Shown: positions 7,018-14,717 of the stretch, piece by piece
How positions within the stretch are numbered: position 1 is the stretch's first letter
Layout of the letters: every line of letters begins with the position of its first letter
From: Vulcanimicrobiota bacterium
GTDB taxonomy: Bacteria > Vulcanimicrobiota > Vulcanimicrobiia > Vulcanimicrobiales > Vulcanimicrobiaceae
Direction of reading: 5' to 3'
Assembly: GCA_003133025.1 (NCBI GenBank)
Contig: PKZK01000198.1
Coordinates: 1-21,883, forward strand
DNA length: 21,883 bases
Notes under the pieces: model-generated
Told to the model about the DNA's origin: nothing
The model's database searches: none
What the model saw: only the letters and a program-made list of their open reading frames with translations
Made by a program: the position numbers and the translations under genes

Positions 7018-8955
7018 TCACTCGATGTCGAGCAACGTTGCGCCGCCCGCCACGAGCGCGCCCGCGGCGACGGCGACGTTCTTGACGGTGCCGCCGCGTG
7101 CGGCTTCGATGCGGTGCTCCATCTTCATCGCCTCCAAAACGATCAGCAGGTCGCGCTCGGCAACGGTGTCGCCGGTCTTGACCGCCACGCTGACGATCTT
7201 GCCCGGCATCGGCGCCGTCACCGTACCGTCGCCCTTGGGACCGCGTTCGACTCCGGCCGTTTCGAGCGAAGGGGGCGGCGCGAAGTCGAAGCGATACGTC
7301 GCGCCGTCGAAGAGTACCTCGACCCCGCCTGCGTCGACCCGGGCCCGGCCGCCGGTGCGTTCGCCGCGTTCGTCGCGCACGGTAACGCGGTCGCCGGCGG
7401 TCTCCACCACGAAGTCGCCCGCAACGTCGCCCTCGAGGTGCCACGCGTTCTCGCCGCTCGTGCGGCTGCCCACGGCGCGCAGCGTGCGCTCCACGCCGTC
7501 GAGCACCACGGGGATGCCGACGCGGCCGATGCGCCAGGCGCGCGGGTCGGCCAGCGCGGCGACGATTGCGAGCAGCGCCGCACCCCCGGGCTCGCCGCCC
7601 GCGGGCGAGGCGAGAAACGCAGCGCGCTCGCCCAGGAATGCCGTCGTCGTATCGCCGCTTCGGAACGCGTCGTCGCGTACGATGCGCCGCAGCAACGGCA
7701 GGTTCGTGCGTACGCCGTCGATGCGGAACGCATCGAGTCCGGCGCGCAGACGTTCGATGGCGGCGGCGCGATCGGGTGCGTACGCGATCAGTTTGGCCAG
7801 CATCGAGTCGTAATAGATCGTCACCTCGCTGCCGGCGCCCACGCCCGCATCCAGCCGCAATCCGGGTTCGCCGGGCGGCTCCCAGCGCGAGATCGTGCCG
7901 ATCGCCGGCAAGAAGTCATTCGCCGGATCTTCGGCGTTGATGCGCGCTTCGAAGGCCCAGCCGCGCGTCGCGACGTCGTCGCCGGAGAAGGGCAGCGGCA
8001 AACCGTTGGCCACGTCGAGTTGCAGTCGCACGAGATCCACGCCGTGCACGAGTTCGGTGACCGGGTGCTCTACCTGCAGCCGCGCGTTCATCTCGAGAAA
8101 ATAGAACGAGCCGTCTTCGGAAAGAAGAAATTCGACGGTGCCCGCGTTGACGTAGCCCACCGACCGCGCGGCGCGCACCGCCGCCTCGCCCATGCGCGCG
8201 CGCAGTTCCGGCGTCAGCGCGCTCGAGGGTGCTTCCTCGATGACTTTCTGGTGGCGGCGCTGGATCGAGCATTCGCGCTCGCCCAGATGCACGGTGTTGC
8301 CCTGCGCGTCGGCGATGATCTGGAATTCGATGTGGCGCGGGCGGGTGAGATATTTTTCGAGCAGCACGCGCTCGTCGCCGAAGGCCGCGAGCGCCTCGCG
8401 CTTCGCCGCCGCCAGTGCTTCCCCGAAATCGGTGTCGCCCGCAACGATGCGCATGCCGCGCCCGCCGCCGCCGGCCGAGGCTTTGATCAAGACGGGTCGG
8501 CCGATCCCGGCGGCCTCGCGCTCCAACCGTTCGGCGGATTGATCGTCGCCATCGTAGCCGGGCACGACCGGCACGCCGTGCTCGCGCGCGCGGCGCTTCG
8601 CTTCGGTCTTGTCGCCCATCGCTTCGATCGCGTCGGCCGTCGGTCCGACGAAGATCAAGCCGGCGCCGGTGACGGCGCGCGCGAAGTGCGCGCGTTCCGA
8701 AAGAAAACCGTAGCCCGGATGCACGGCGTCGGCGCGCAACTCGCGCGCGGCGTGCAACACGCGCTCGACGTCGAGATACGATTCGCGCGCGGGGGCCGGG
8801 CCCAAGCGCGCCGCGTCGTCCATGAAGCCGAGATGGTACGCGTGCGCGTCGGCGTCGGAGTAGACGCCCAGCGGCACGATGCCGGCCTCGCGGGCGGCGC
8901 GCGCGATGCGCACCGCGATCTCGCCGCGATTTGCGATCAGCAGACGGCGGATCAC
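7018..8955 (-). CDS. liuD: 3-methylcrotonyl-CoA carboxylase alpha subunit (biotin carboxylase + BCCP)
   Basis: GTG start at IRRLLIANRGEIAVR, then HPGYGFLSE, KASAGGGGRGMR, ERECSIQRRHQK, EMNARLQVEHPVTE and the biotin site EAMKME. Substrate is inferred from liuC/liuE context. Confidence 0.9.
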   Translation of the reverse strand: MIRRLLIANRGEIAVRIARAAREAGIVPLGVYSDADAHAYHLGFMDDAARLGPAPARESYLDVERVLHAARELRADAVHPGYGFLSERAHFARAVTGAGLIFVGPTADAIEAMGDKTEAKRRAREHGVPVVPGYDGDDQSAERLEREAAGIGRPVLIKASAGGGGRGMRIVAGDTDFGEALAAAKREALAAFGDERVLLEKYLTRPRHIEFQIIADAQGNTVHLGERECSIQRRHQKVIEEAPSSALTPELRARMGEAAVRAARSVGYVNAGTVEFLLSEDGSFYFLEMNARLQVEHPVTELVHGVDLVRLQLDVANGLPLPFSGDDVATRGWAFEARINAEDPANDFLPAIGTISRWEPPGEPGLRLDAGVGAGSEVTIYYDSMLAKLIAYAPDRAAAIERLRAGLDAFRIDGVRTNLPLLRRIVRDDAFRSGDTTTAFLGERAAFLASPAGGEPGGAALLAIVAALADPRAWRIGRVGIPVVLDGVERTLRAVGSRTSGENAWHLEGDVAGDFVVETAGDRVTVRDERGERTGGRARVDAGGVEVLFDGATYRFDFAPPPSLETAGVERGPKGDGTVTAPMPGKIVSVAVKTGDTVAERDLLIVLEAMKMEHRIEAARGGTVKNVAVAAGALVAGGATLLDIE

Positions 8956-8974
8956 CGCGGCGTCCGCGCGCGGC

Positions 8975-9760
8975 TCACCGCAACGACCATTCCGGGCTGC
9001 GTTTTTCGAGAAACGCGTGCAGGCCTTCCTGACCTTCCGCGCTCGTGCGCTGTTCGGCGATTGCGTGCGCGGTGATGTCGAGCGTGTCGTCGTAGTCGCG
9101 TTCGGCCACGTGCGCGAGCAGACGTTTGATGGCCGCGATGCCCGTCGGGCTCGCGCTCGCAATCTCGCGCAAGATGCGCGCCACCGCGGCGTCGAGTTCG
9201 GCGGCGGGCACGACTTCGTGCACGAGTCCGATGGCCTTGGCCCGCGCCGCGCCGAACCGTTCGCCGGTGAGGCAGAGCGCGCGCGCGTGCGACTGGCCGA
9301 TTTTGGCCAGCACGAACGGCGAGATGACCGCGGGCAAAATGCCGAGCTTGGTTTCGGTGAAGCCGAAGAGCGCGTCGTCGGCCGCCACGACCACGTCGCA
9401 GACGGCCGCAAGCCCGGCGCCGCCGCCCAGCGCCGCACCCTGAATGCGCGCGATCACGGGAACCGGCACGCGGTCGATCGTGCGCAACATGCGCGAGAGC
9501 CGTCGCGCGTCCTCGACGTTCTCCTCGCGCGTGAGCAGCAGCGATTCGCGCATCCAATTGACGTCGGCGCCCCCGCAGAAGGTCTTTCCGGCGCCCGAGA
9601 GGACGATGGCGCGCACGCTCGCGTCGGCGCCGAGCGTCTCGAAGGCCGCGCGCAGCGCCTCGATCAGTTCGGCATTGAACGCATTGCGCACGTCGGGCCG
9701 GCCGAGCACGACGTGGACGTTTGCGCCCTCGCGCCGGACCTCGAGTAGGGAAGGCTCCAT
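8975..9760 (-). CDS. liuC: Enoyl-CoA hydratase family protein, probable methylglutaconyl-CoA hydratase
   Basis: RPDVRNAFN, FCGGADVNWM, GAALGGGAGL, FTETKLGILPAVISPFV and EGQEGLHAFLEKR.P.W. Confidence 0.9.
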   Translation of the reverse strand: MEPSLLEVRREGANVHVVLGRPDVRNAFNAELIEALRAAFETLGADASVRAIVLSGAGKTFCGGADVNWMRESLLLTREENVEDARRLSRMLRTIDRVPVPVIARIQGAALGGGAGLAAVCDVVVAADDALFGFTETKLGILPAVISPFVLAKIGQSHARALCLTGERFGAARAKAIGLVHEVVPAAELDAAVARILREIASASPTGIAAIKRLLAHVAERDYDDTLDITAHAIAEQRTSAEGQEGLHAFLEKRSPEWSLR

Positions 9761-9816
9761 GCCCGCCGCTTTCGCGGGGGAATGTCGGCTCCCTTACGGG
9801 GACGGCCGGGCAATCG

Positions 9817-9825
9817 TGGTAGGAT
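9817..9825 (+). promoter_or_regulatory. Extended -10 (TGGTAGGAT) for a probably leaderless transcript
   Basis: TGnTAGGAT followed by 6 nt and then ATG 9832, the same geometry as at msrB. Confidence 0.5.
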
Positions 9826-9831
9826 GGCATC

Positions 9832-10692
9832 ATGGATGCCGTCGCAGGCGCCGAACGCATGCCGTCGGCCGTATCGCAGACCCGTGAGCCGCTGGTTTAC
9901 CGGCACTCCCTGACCGTGCGGGTGACCCATTGGGTCTTCGCGCTGGCCTTTTTCGTGCTGGTGATGAGCGGGCTGCAGATCTTCAACGCCTCGCCCAACC
10001 TCGACGCCTCCGACAAGAGCGATCCGGCCCGCCGCGTGCTCTCGATCGGCGCCCAGCAACTTCCCGACGGCAAGACCGCGGGCGTGACCACGATCTTCGG
10101 GCACGCCTTTACCACGACGCACGTGTTGGGCTACACCTCGGACGGCATGTCCGGCGAGGCGGAGCGAGCGTTCCCGGGCTGGATCACCTGGCCCGGCTAC
10201 CAGGACCTCGCCGGCGGCCGCCGCTGGCACCTGTTCTTTGCGTGGATCATGATCCTGTGCGGTACGGCCTACTTCATCGGCGGCATCACGCGCAAAGATG
10301 TAGGACTCATCGTGTTACGGCCGAGCGACGTGCCCAAACTCTTGCCCATGCAACTCTACTACCTGCGGCTGCGTCGCGAGCCGCCGCCGCACGGGAAGTA
10401 CAATCCGTTGCAAAAGGCGGCGTACACCTCGGTGCTCTTCGTCTTCGCCCCGCTGATGGTGATCAGCGGCCTCGCGCTCTCGCCGGGCGTCGACGCGATC
10501 GCGCATCCATTGACCACGCTGCTCGGTGGCCGCCAGTTCGCGCGGCTCTGGCATTTCGTCGCCACGGTGGCGCTGGTCGGGTTCTTCGGCATTCACATCA
10601 CGCTGGTCCTGAGCACCGGCGTGTTCAACAACCTGCGCTCGATGGTCACCGGCGAGTATCGCCTGGGCGCGCACGACGGAAACGGCGTATGA
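9832..10692 (+). CDS. Cytochrome b/b6-domain membrane protein (Ni-hydrogenase/thiosulfate reductase cytochrome b-like)
   Basis: YRHSLTVRVTHW, MSGLQIFNA, GRRWHLFFAW, KYNPLQK.AY and ARLWHF..........HI. Four TM segments with heme His residues. Confidence 0.9.
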   Translation: MDAVAGAERMPSAVSQTREPLVYRHSLTVRVTHWVFALAFFVLVMSGLQIFNASPNLDASDKSDPARRVLSIGAQQLPDGKTAGVTTIFGHAFTTTHVLGYTSDGMSGEAERAFPGWITWPGYQDLAGGRRWHLFFAWIMILCGTAYFIGGITRKDVGLIVLRPSDVPKLLPMQLYYLRLRREPPPHGKYNPLQKAAYTSVLFVFAPLMVISGLALSPGVDAIAHPLTTLLGGRQFARLWHFVATVALVGFFGIHITLVLSTGVFNNLRSMVTGEYRLGAHDGNGV

Positions 10693-11441
10693 AGCGGCGC
10701 GAGATCATCACGGGTGCGGCGATGTTCGCGGCGGCTTCGGCGCTCGCCGGCTGCGCCAAGATCACCAACGCGCTCAACGAGAACGATGCGATCAAGAGCG
10801 TGTTGCACGCCGCCGAGCCGCTCAACCACGCCGTGATCGGCACCCGCGGCGAAGCCAAACTCTATCCGGATTCCGCCATCGATCGCGAGTTTCGCGTGAA
10901 CGGTTTCGACACGCCGAGCGACTCGGCATACGCCGCGCTGCGCCGCGACGGCTTCGCTTCGTACAAGCTCGTGGTCGAGGGTTTGGTCGACCGTCCGCAG
11001 GCGTTCACGCTGGCGCAACTGCGCGCGCTCGGTTCGCTGACGCAGACCACGCGACACGACTGCGTCGAAGGCTGGAGCGCGATCGGCAAGTGGAGCGGCG
11101 TGCGCCTCTCATCGGTGTTGGCGCTCGCCGCGCCGCAGACGCGGGCGCGCTACGTTATCTTTCACTGTCTCGATCGCTCGTCCGACGGCGACCCGTATTA
11201 CGAGAGCCTGGATATGCATCAAGCCGCGCATCCGCAAGCATTGCTCGCGCTCGATCTCAACGAACGCCCGCTCGACGCCGATCACGGCGCCCCGGTGCGC
11301 CTGCGCGTGCCCACCCAACTCGGCTACAAGAGCGCAAAGTGGGTCGGCCGCATCGAGGTAGCCGACAGCTTCAAGAACGTCGGCAGCGGAAAAGGCGGCT
11401 ATTGGGAAGATCAGGGCTACGATTGGTATGCCGGCATTTGA
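10689..11441 (+). CDS. Molybdopterin-dependent oxidoreductase (sulfite oxidase/MsrP-like family) with Tat-lipoprotein signal
   Basis: Start MKRREII...SALAGC overlaps the upstream stop (ATGA). Motifs TRHDCVEGWS, HPQALLA, HGAPVRLRVP..LGYKSAKW and GGYWEDQGYDWYAGI. Confidence 0.92.
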   Translation: MKRREIITGAAMFAAASALAGCAKITNALNENDAIKSVLHAAEPLNHAVIGTRGEAKLYPDSAIDREFRVNGFDTPSDSAYAALRRDGFASYKLVVEGLVDRPQAFTLAQLRALGSLTQTTRHDCVEGWSAIGKWSGVRLSSVLALAAPQTRARYVIFHCLDRSSDGDPYYESLDMHQAAHPQALLALDLNERPLDADHGAPVRLRVPTQLGYKSAKWVGRIEVADSFKNVGSGKGGYWEDQGYDWYAGI

Positions 11442-11495
11442 GAACGCGAGATTTACGCCGTAGCGTCGTCGCCCACACGAAAATCTCGCATTCTC
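11440..11495. terminator. Long inverted repeat between convergent genes (possible terminator or stabilising hairpin)
   Basis: GAGAACGCGAGATTT (11440-11454) pairs with AAATCTCGCATTCTC (11481-11495) at 14/15 positions around a 26-nt loop. The mismatch becomes a G-U pair on the minus strand. Confidence 0.45.
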
Positions 11496-11519
11496 CACGT
11501 TTGGTGTGCGGCGATTTCG

Positions 11520-12527
11520 TCAGTCGCCGGGGGCTCCGGAGAGTTGGACTTGCGGCAGCGGTCTGAGCTCGAGTTGCGGTTGCGTGCGCGGCTCGCTTCG
11601 CCTCGCCGGCATGAGTGATAGGGTTACGCCGGCTATGACCAAGGCTGCGCCGAGGATGTCGCGGATGCCGAAGGTTTCGCCGCCGAAGAGGATGCCGACG
11701 GTGACGGCGATGACCGGGATCATCAGGGCGGAGAGACCCATCACTCCCGAGCTGATGCGCTGGAGTAGCCAGTGGTTCAGGTAGAACGCGAGCGCGCTGC
11801 CGCACACGGCGAGGTAGAAGAGCGCGGCGAGCGATGACGGCGCGACGGCGCGCGCGATGTCGACGTGTTCCGCGAGCAGACCCCAGGCCGTCAGGCCGAG
11901 GCCGGCCAGCAGCATCGCGGGCGGAAGCGTCGCGAAGGGTTCGGCGTCGGCGTAGCGCTTGAGGTACACGTTGGCGTAGGCCGATGAGGCCGAAGCGGCC
12001 AGCGCCGCGAGCACGTACCAGATGCTGCCGTGCACGTTGCCCACCGCCGAGATGACGGCGACGCCGGCGAGCGCCAGCAGGGCGCCGGCGATCGTGGCCC
12101 GCGTGGCCCGTTCGCCGACCATGAAATGCGCGAAGCCGAACACGAAGAAGGGCAGCGTTCCGAAGAGCACGGCCACCAGCCCCGAGGCGAGGTGCGTCTC
12201 GGCCAGGTACGTGAGCGCGTAGTTGATGCCGAACATCGTCACGGCCAGGACGAGCACCAGGTGCAGCGGCGGCGCTTTCCGGCGGAAGTCGACCCGCAAC
12301 GCAGCCGCGACCGCATAGAGCACGGTGCCGGCCAGGATGAAGCGGAAACCCGAGCCTGCGATGGGCGGGATCGCCGTCAGCGACACCTTGATGCCGAGCC
12401 AAGTCGTGCCCCAAATCAAGACGGTNNCGGTGGCCGCATAGGCGGCCACGACGGCAACCGGGGACGTGACGAAACGCGCGATCGAGGCACGGATATCGAA
12501 AACCATGGCATTCGGTGAGACTGCCAT
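11520..12527 (-). CDS. EamA/DMT family transporter (start codon uncertain; NN at 12426-12427)
   Basis: LIWGTTWLGIKV, PP...GFRF..AG, SGLVAVLFGTLPFF and YLAVCGSALAFYL. About ten TM helices in two repeats. Confidence 0.92.
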   Translation of the reverse strand: MAVSPNAMVFDIRASIARFVTSPVAVVAAYAATXTVLIWGTTWLGIKVSLTAIPPIAGSGFRFILAGTVLYAVAAALRVDFRRKAPPLHLVLVLAVTMFGINYALTYLAETHLASGLVAVLFGTLPFFVFGFAHFMVGERATRATIAGALLALAGVAVISAVGNVHGSIWYVLAALAASASSAYANVYLKRYADAEPFATLPPAMLLAGLGLTAWGLLAEHVDIARAVAPSSLAALFYLAVCGSALAFYLNHWLLQRISSGVMGLSALMIPVIAVTVGILFGGETFGIRDILGAALVIAGVTLSLMPARRSEPRTQPQLELRPLPQVQLSGAPGD

Positions 12528-12567
12528 GGAGCCGGAATAGTTGCGCCCGGGGCCGGGCTTTTACCGG

Positions 12568-14127
12568 CTAAACGAGGCGGCGTTTCCGCGCTTCGGCGAT
12601 CAATTCAGGTTGAGAGTTGACCCGGAAGGCCTGGTAGACCCAGTGGATGTGGTTGCGCACCGTGTTGGGGCTGCACTCGAGCCGCTCGGCGATCCGGCGG
12701 GCGGTCAGTCCCTCGCAGAGGGCGTGGAAGACCTCGCGCTGGCGCGGCGTCATGCGGTTCCAGGCGTCATCGCCGATGCCGGTCGAGGCGGCGTTGATCT
12801 CCGCGGCGATCCAACTGTCGGGGTAATCCCGGATCTTCACCTTCGCCGTCTCCCACCACGCCTGGTCGCCCGTGACGCGGAAAAGATGCAGTGCGGTTCT
12901 GGCCGCGGGCCAGGCATAGCCGGCCTCGTTCCAAACCGCGTAGACCGACTCGAAGAGGCGCTTCGCCTTGCGTGGCTCGTTTAACGCCTCTTGGATGAGG
13001 GCCGCGGCGTACGAGCGATACGCCTCCGTCCGCGGGTCGTCGCGCATGATCAAGCGCGCGCTGACGCCGTCTTCGACTTCGCTGTACTGCGCGAGCAACG
13101 CGGAGGCTTGGCGCACGTCGATTTCGGCGAAGAGGGCGGCGAGGCCGAGCAGCGCCATACGGCCTTCGTCGGGCGTCGAAGCCCAGTCGATCGTCTGCGC
13201 CAACTCGAGCGCCTCGTAGATGTCGGCATTCGACGATGCGCCTTCACCCGCGCAGCGTTTGAGCGAGGCGCGGTCGGTGAGTGCGAAGACGAGCCACGGC
13301 GCCGAGGGCGCGATCGAACTGGCCTTGTGCAGCAGGCGAAGCGCTTCGAAGTAACGCGACGGGCCCTCCAGGGCCAGCGCCCAGCCCAAGGTCCGCGCGG
13401 ACATGTACTGATCGATCGCGAGATCGGCCGTCCACGGGACGTCGTCGTACAGCTTGCGCGCCGCGGCATGGAGGCCGTGAATTGCAACGTCGCGAGCGAG
13501 CGCGCAGAGCGCGCGACAGGCCGCACCGAGCATGCCGACGTCGACGGGCGCCGCGCTCTGCAACAATTCCACGCCGCGCAGCAGCAGGCGCGCCTGCTCG
13601 TCATAGGAGCCGCGCTTGGCGGCGATCCAGCTCTGGGCGATCGCGTTGCGCCCGACGGCCTTCGGCGAGCGGTCGAAGGCGCTGCGCTCCAAGGCCGTTT
13701 CGGCCTCGACCAGGTCGCCGCGCATCCACGCGATGAGGGCTTCGGCGTGCAGCAGCTCCGAGCGCAGCGAATCGGGGAATGCCTCGACCTCGGGGGCGTG
13801 GAGGCTTTCGACGTACAGGTCGGCGGTGCTGAAGTCGCCGAGCATCGCATGGGCTAAGCCGAGCAACGCTTCGGCCTCGAGTTTGAGCTGGCGCTCCGCG
13901 AAGTCGGGCAACTCGACGGCCAGCAGTTTGACGGCGTCCTTGGGCCGCTGTAAGCGCAAGTAGACCCGCGCGGTGAGCAGCAGGGCTTCGGCGCGCTCCG
14001 GGTGCCCGTCGACCGTCAGCGCCTCGCACGACTCCAGGCACGCCGAATAGCGCCCCGCCAAATAGTCGGAGACAGCCGGTGTCAGCGATTCAGTCGCCGG
14101 GATACGGGCAAGCTGCGCTATATTCAT
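12568..14127 (-). CDS. Transcriptional regulator with long alpha-helical (TPR-like) N-terminal region and C-terminal LuxR/GerE HTH
   Basis: C-terminal MTPRQREVFHALCEGLTARRIAERLECSPNTVRNHIHWVY is a LuxR HTH. The first ~450 aa are Ala/Leu-rich helix pairs (AEALLLTARVYLRLQRPKDAVKLL, EALLGLAHAMLGDFSTA, ALIAWMRGDLVEAETALE). No receiver domain or Walker A seen. Confidence 0.88.
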   Translation of the reverse strand: MNIAQLARIPATESLTPAVSDYLAGRYSACLESCEALTVDGHPERAEALLLTARVYLRLQRPKDAVKLLAVELPDFAERQLKLEAEALLGLAHAMLGDFSTADLYVESLHAPEVEAFPDSLRSELLHAEALIAWMRGDLVEAETALERSAFDRSPKAVGRNAIAQSWIAAKRGSYDEQARLLLRGVELLQSAAPVDVGMLGAACRALCALARDVAIHGLHAAARKLYDDVPWTADLAIDQYMSARTLGWALALEGPSRYFEALRLLHKASSIAPSAPWLVFALTDRASLKRCAGEGASSNADIYEALELAQTIDWASTPDEGRMALLGLAALFAEIDVRQASALLAQYSEVEDGVSARLIMRDDPRTEAYRSYAAALIQEALNEPRKAKRLFESVYAVWNEAGYAWPAARTALHLFRVTGDQAWWETAKVKIRDYPDSWIAAEINAASTGIGDDAWNRMTPRQREVFHALCEGLTARRIAERLECSPNTVRNHIHWVYQAFRVNSQPELIAEARKRRLV

Positions 14128-14186
14128 AACTTGGCGCGGCTTGGCCGGGAAGCGGCGGCGTTCCTACCCGGATTGCCGGAAAACAT

Positions 14187-14208
14187 CCGGACGGCTTGCG
14201 CCGTCCGG
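14187..14208 (-). terminator. Hairpin, probable intrinsic terminator after the repeat-peptide gene
   Basis: Minus strand CCGGACGGC-GCAA-GCCGTCCGG (perfect 9-bp stem, GNRA loop) followed by ATGTTTT. Confidence 0.7.
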
Positions 14209-14230
14209 TCGCTTTCCGACTACGTCGGTC

Positions 14231-14530
14231 TCAGTTGCCCGATCCGACCGCGAGAACGGGCCCGCCGCCGAGCGTGTCGCCCGGCTTGACGCGCTGTTGT
14301 TCCGGGGGCGGAGCCGAGAAGACCGGGCCGCCGCCGAGCGTGTCGCCCGGCTTGACGCGCTGTTGTTCGGGGGGCGGAGCCGAGAAGACGGGGCCGCCGC
14401 CGAGCGTGTCGGCCTGGGCGCGCATGTGGGCCTGCGGCATGAGGCCGGTTCCGGCAGTGCCGCCGCCGGCGCACGCCGCCAGCGACGTCGCCAGAACGGC
14501 GAAGGCAAAAAGTTGGGTAGCGCGTTGCAC
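14231..14530 (-). CDS. 99-aa secreted/lipoprotein precursor with three DTLGGGPV repeats
   Basis: SD GGGAGG precedes a GTG start. Signal peptide ends in lipobox LAAC (Cys20). Repeats have a 22-aa period, and all nucleotide differences within the conserved repeat residues are synonymous in this frame. Confidence 0.85.
   Translation of the reverse strand: MQRATQLFAFAVLATSLAACAGGGTAGTGLMPQAHMRAQADTLGGGPVFSAPPPEQQRVKPGDTLGGGPVFSAPPPEQQRVKPGDTLGGGPVLAVGSGN
14255..14410 (-). repeat. 66-bp tandem repeat, about 2.4 copies, inside the peptide gene
   Basis: Unit gac acg ctc ggc ggc ggc ccS gtc ttc tcg gct ccg ccc ccS gaa caa cag cgc gtc aag ccg ggc. Copies 1 and 2 differ at two Pro third positions. 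Confidence 0.95.
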
Positions 14531-14717
14531 TGGGGTTACGTCCTCCCTGACCGTGCGGTCGGTGCTCGCCCGGACCGTTTCCGGGGCCTACGACCGCGTA
14601 AGTGCCCGCCGGGACACGAAATGTGCCCGTACGTGCGAGGAGCCCACATCCTGAGGCCCCTCGTTTTGCTATCGGTTCCTACCGAGCGCTTTCCTAGCTA
14701 ATTCGATGTGAGACGCG

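Noticed and set aside
5037..9075. Long plus-strand ORFs (682 and 730 aa) and similar antisense ORFs elsewhere
   Set aside because: These are shadow frames of GC-rich genes, Arg/Ala-rich with no recognisable motifs.
8956..9438. N-terminal extension of the biotin carboxylase (806-aa ORF)
   Set aside because: It overlaps liuC in another frame. Homology begins at the GTG at 8955 (IRRLLIANRGE).
9930..10688. N-terminal extension of the molybdoenzyme (503-aa ORF)
   Set aside because: It overlaps the cytochrome b gene. The real start is the Tat signal at 10689.
14255..14410. Mini CRISPR array or non-coding repeat
   Set aside because: The units are contiguous with no unique spacers, the period is a multiple of 3, changes are synonymous, and there are no cas genes.
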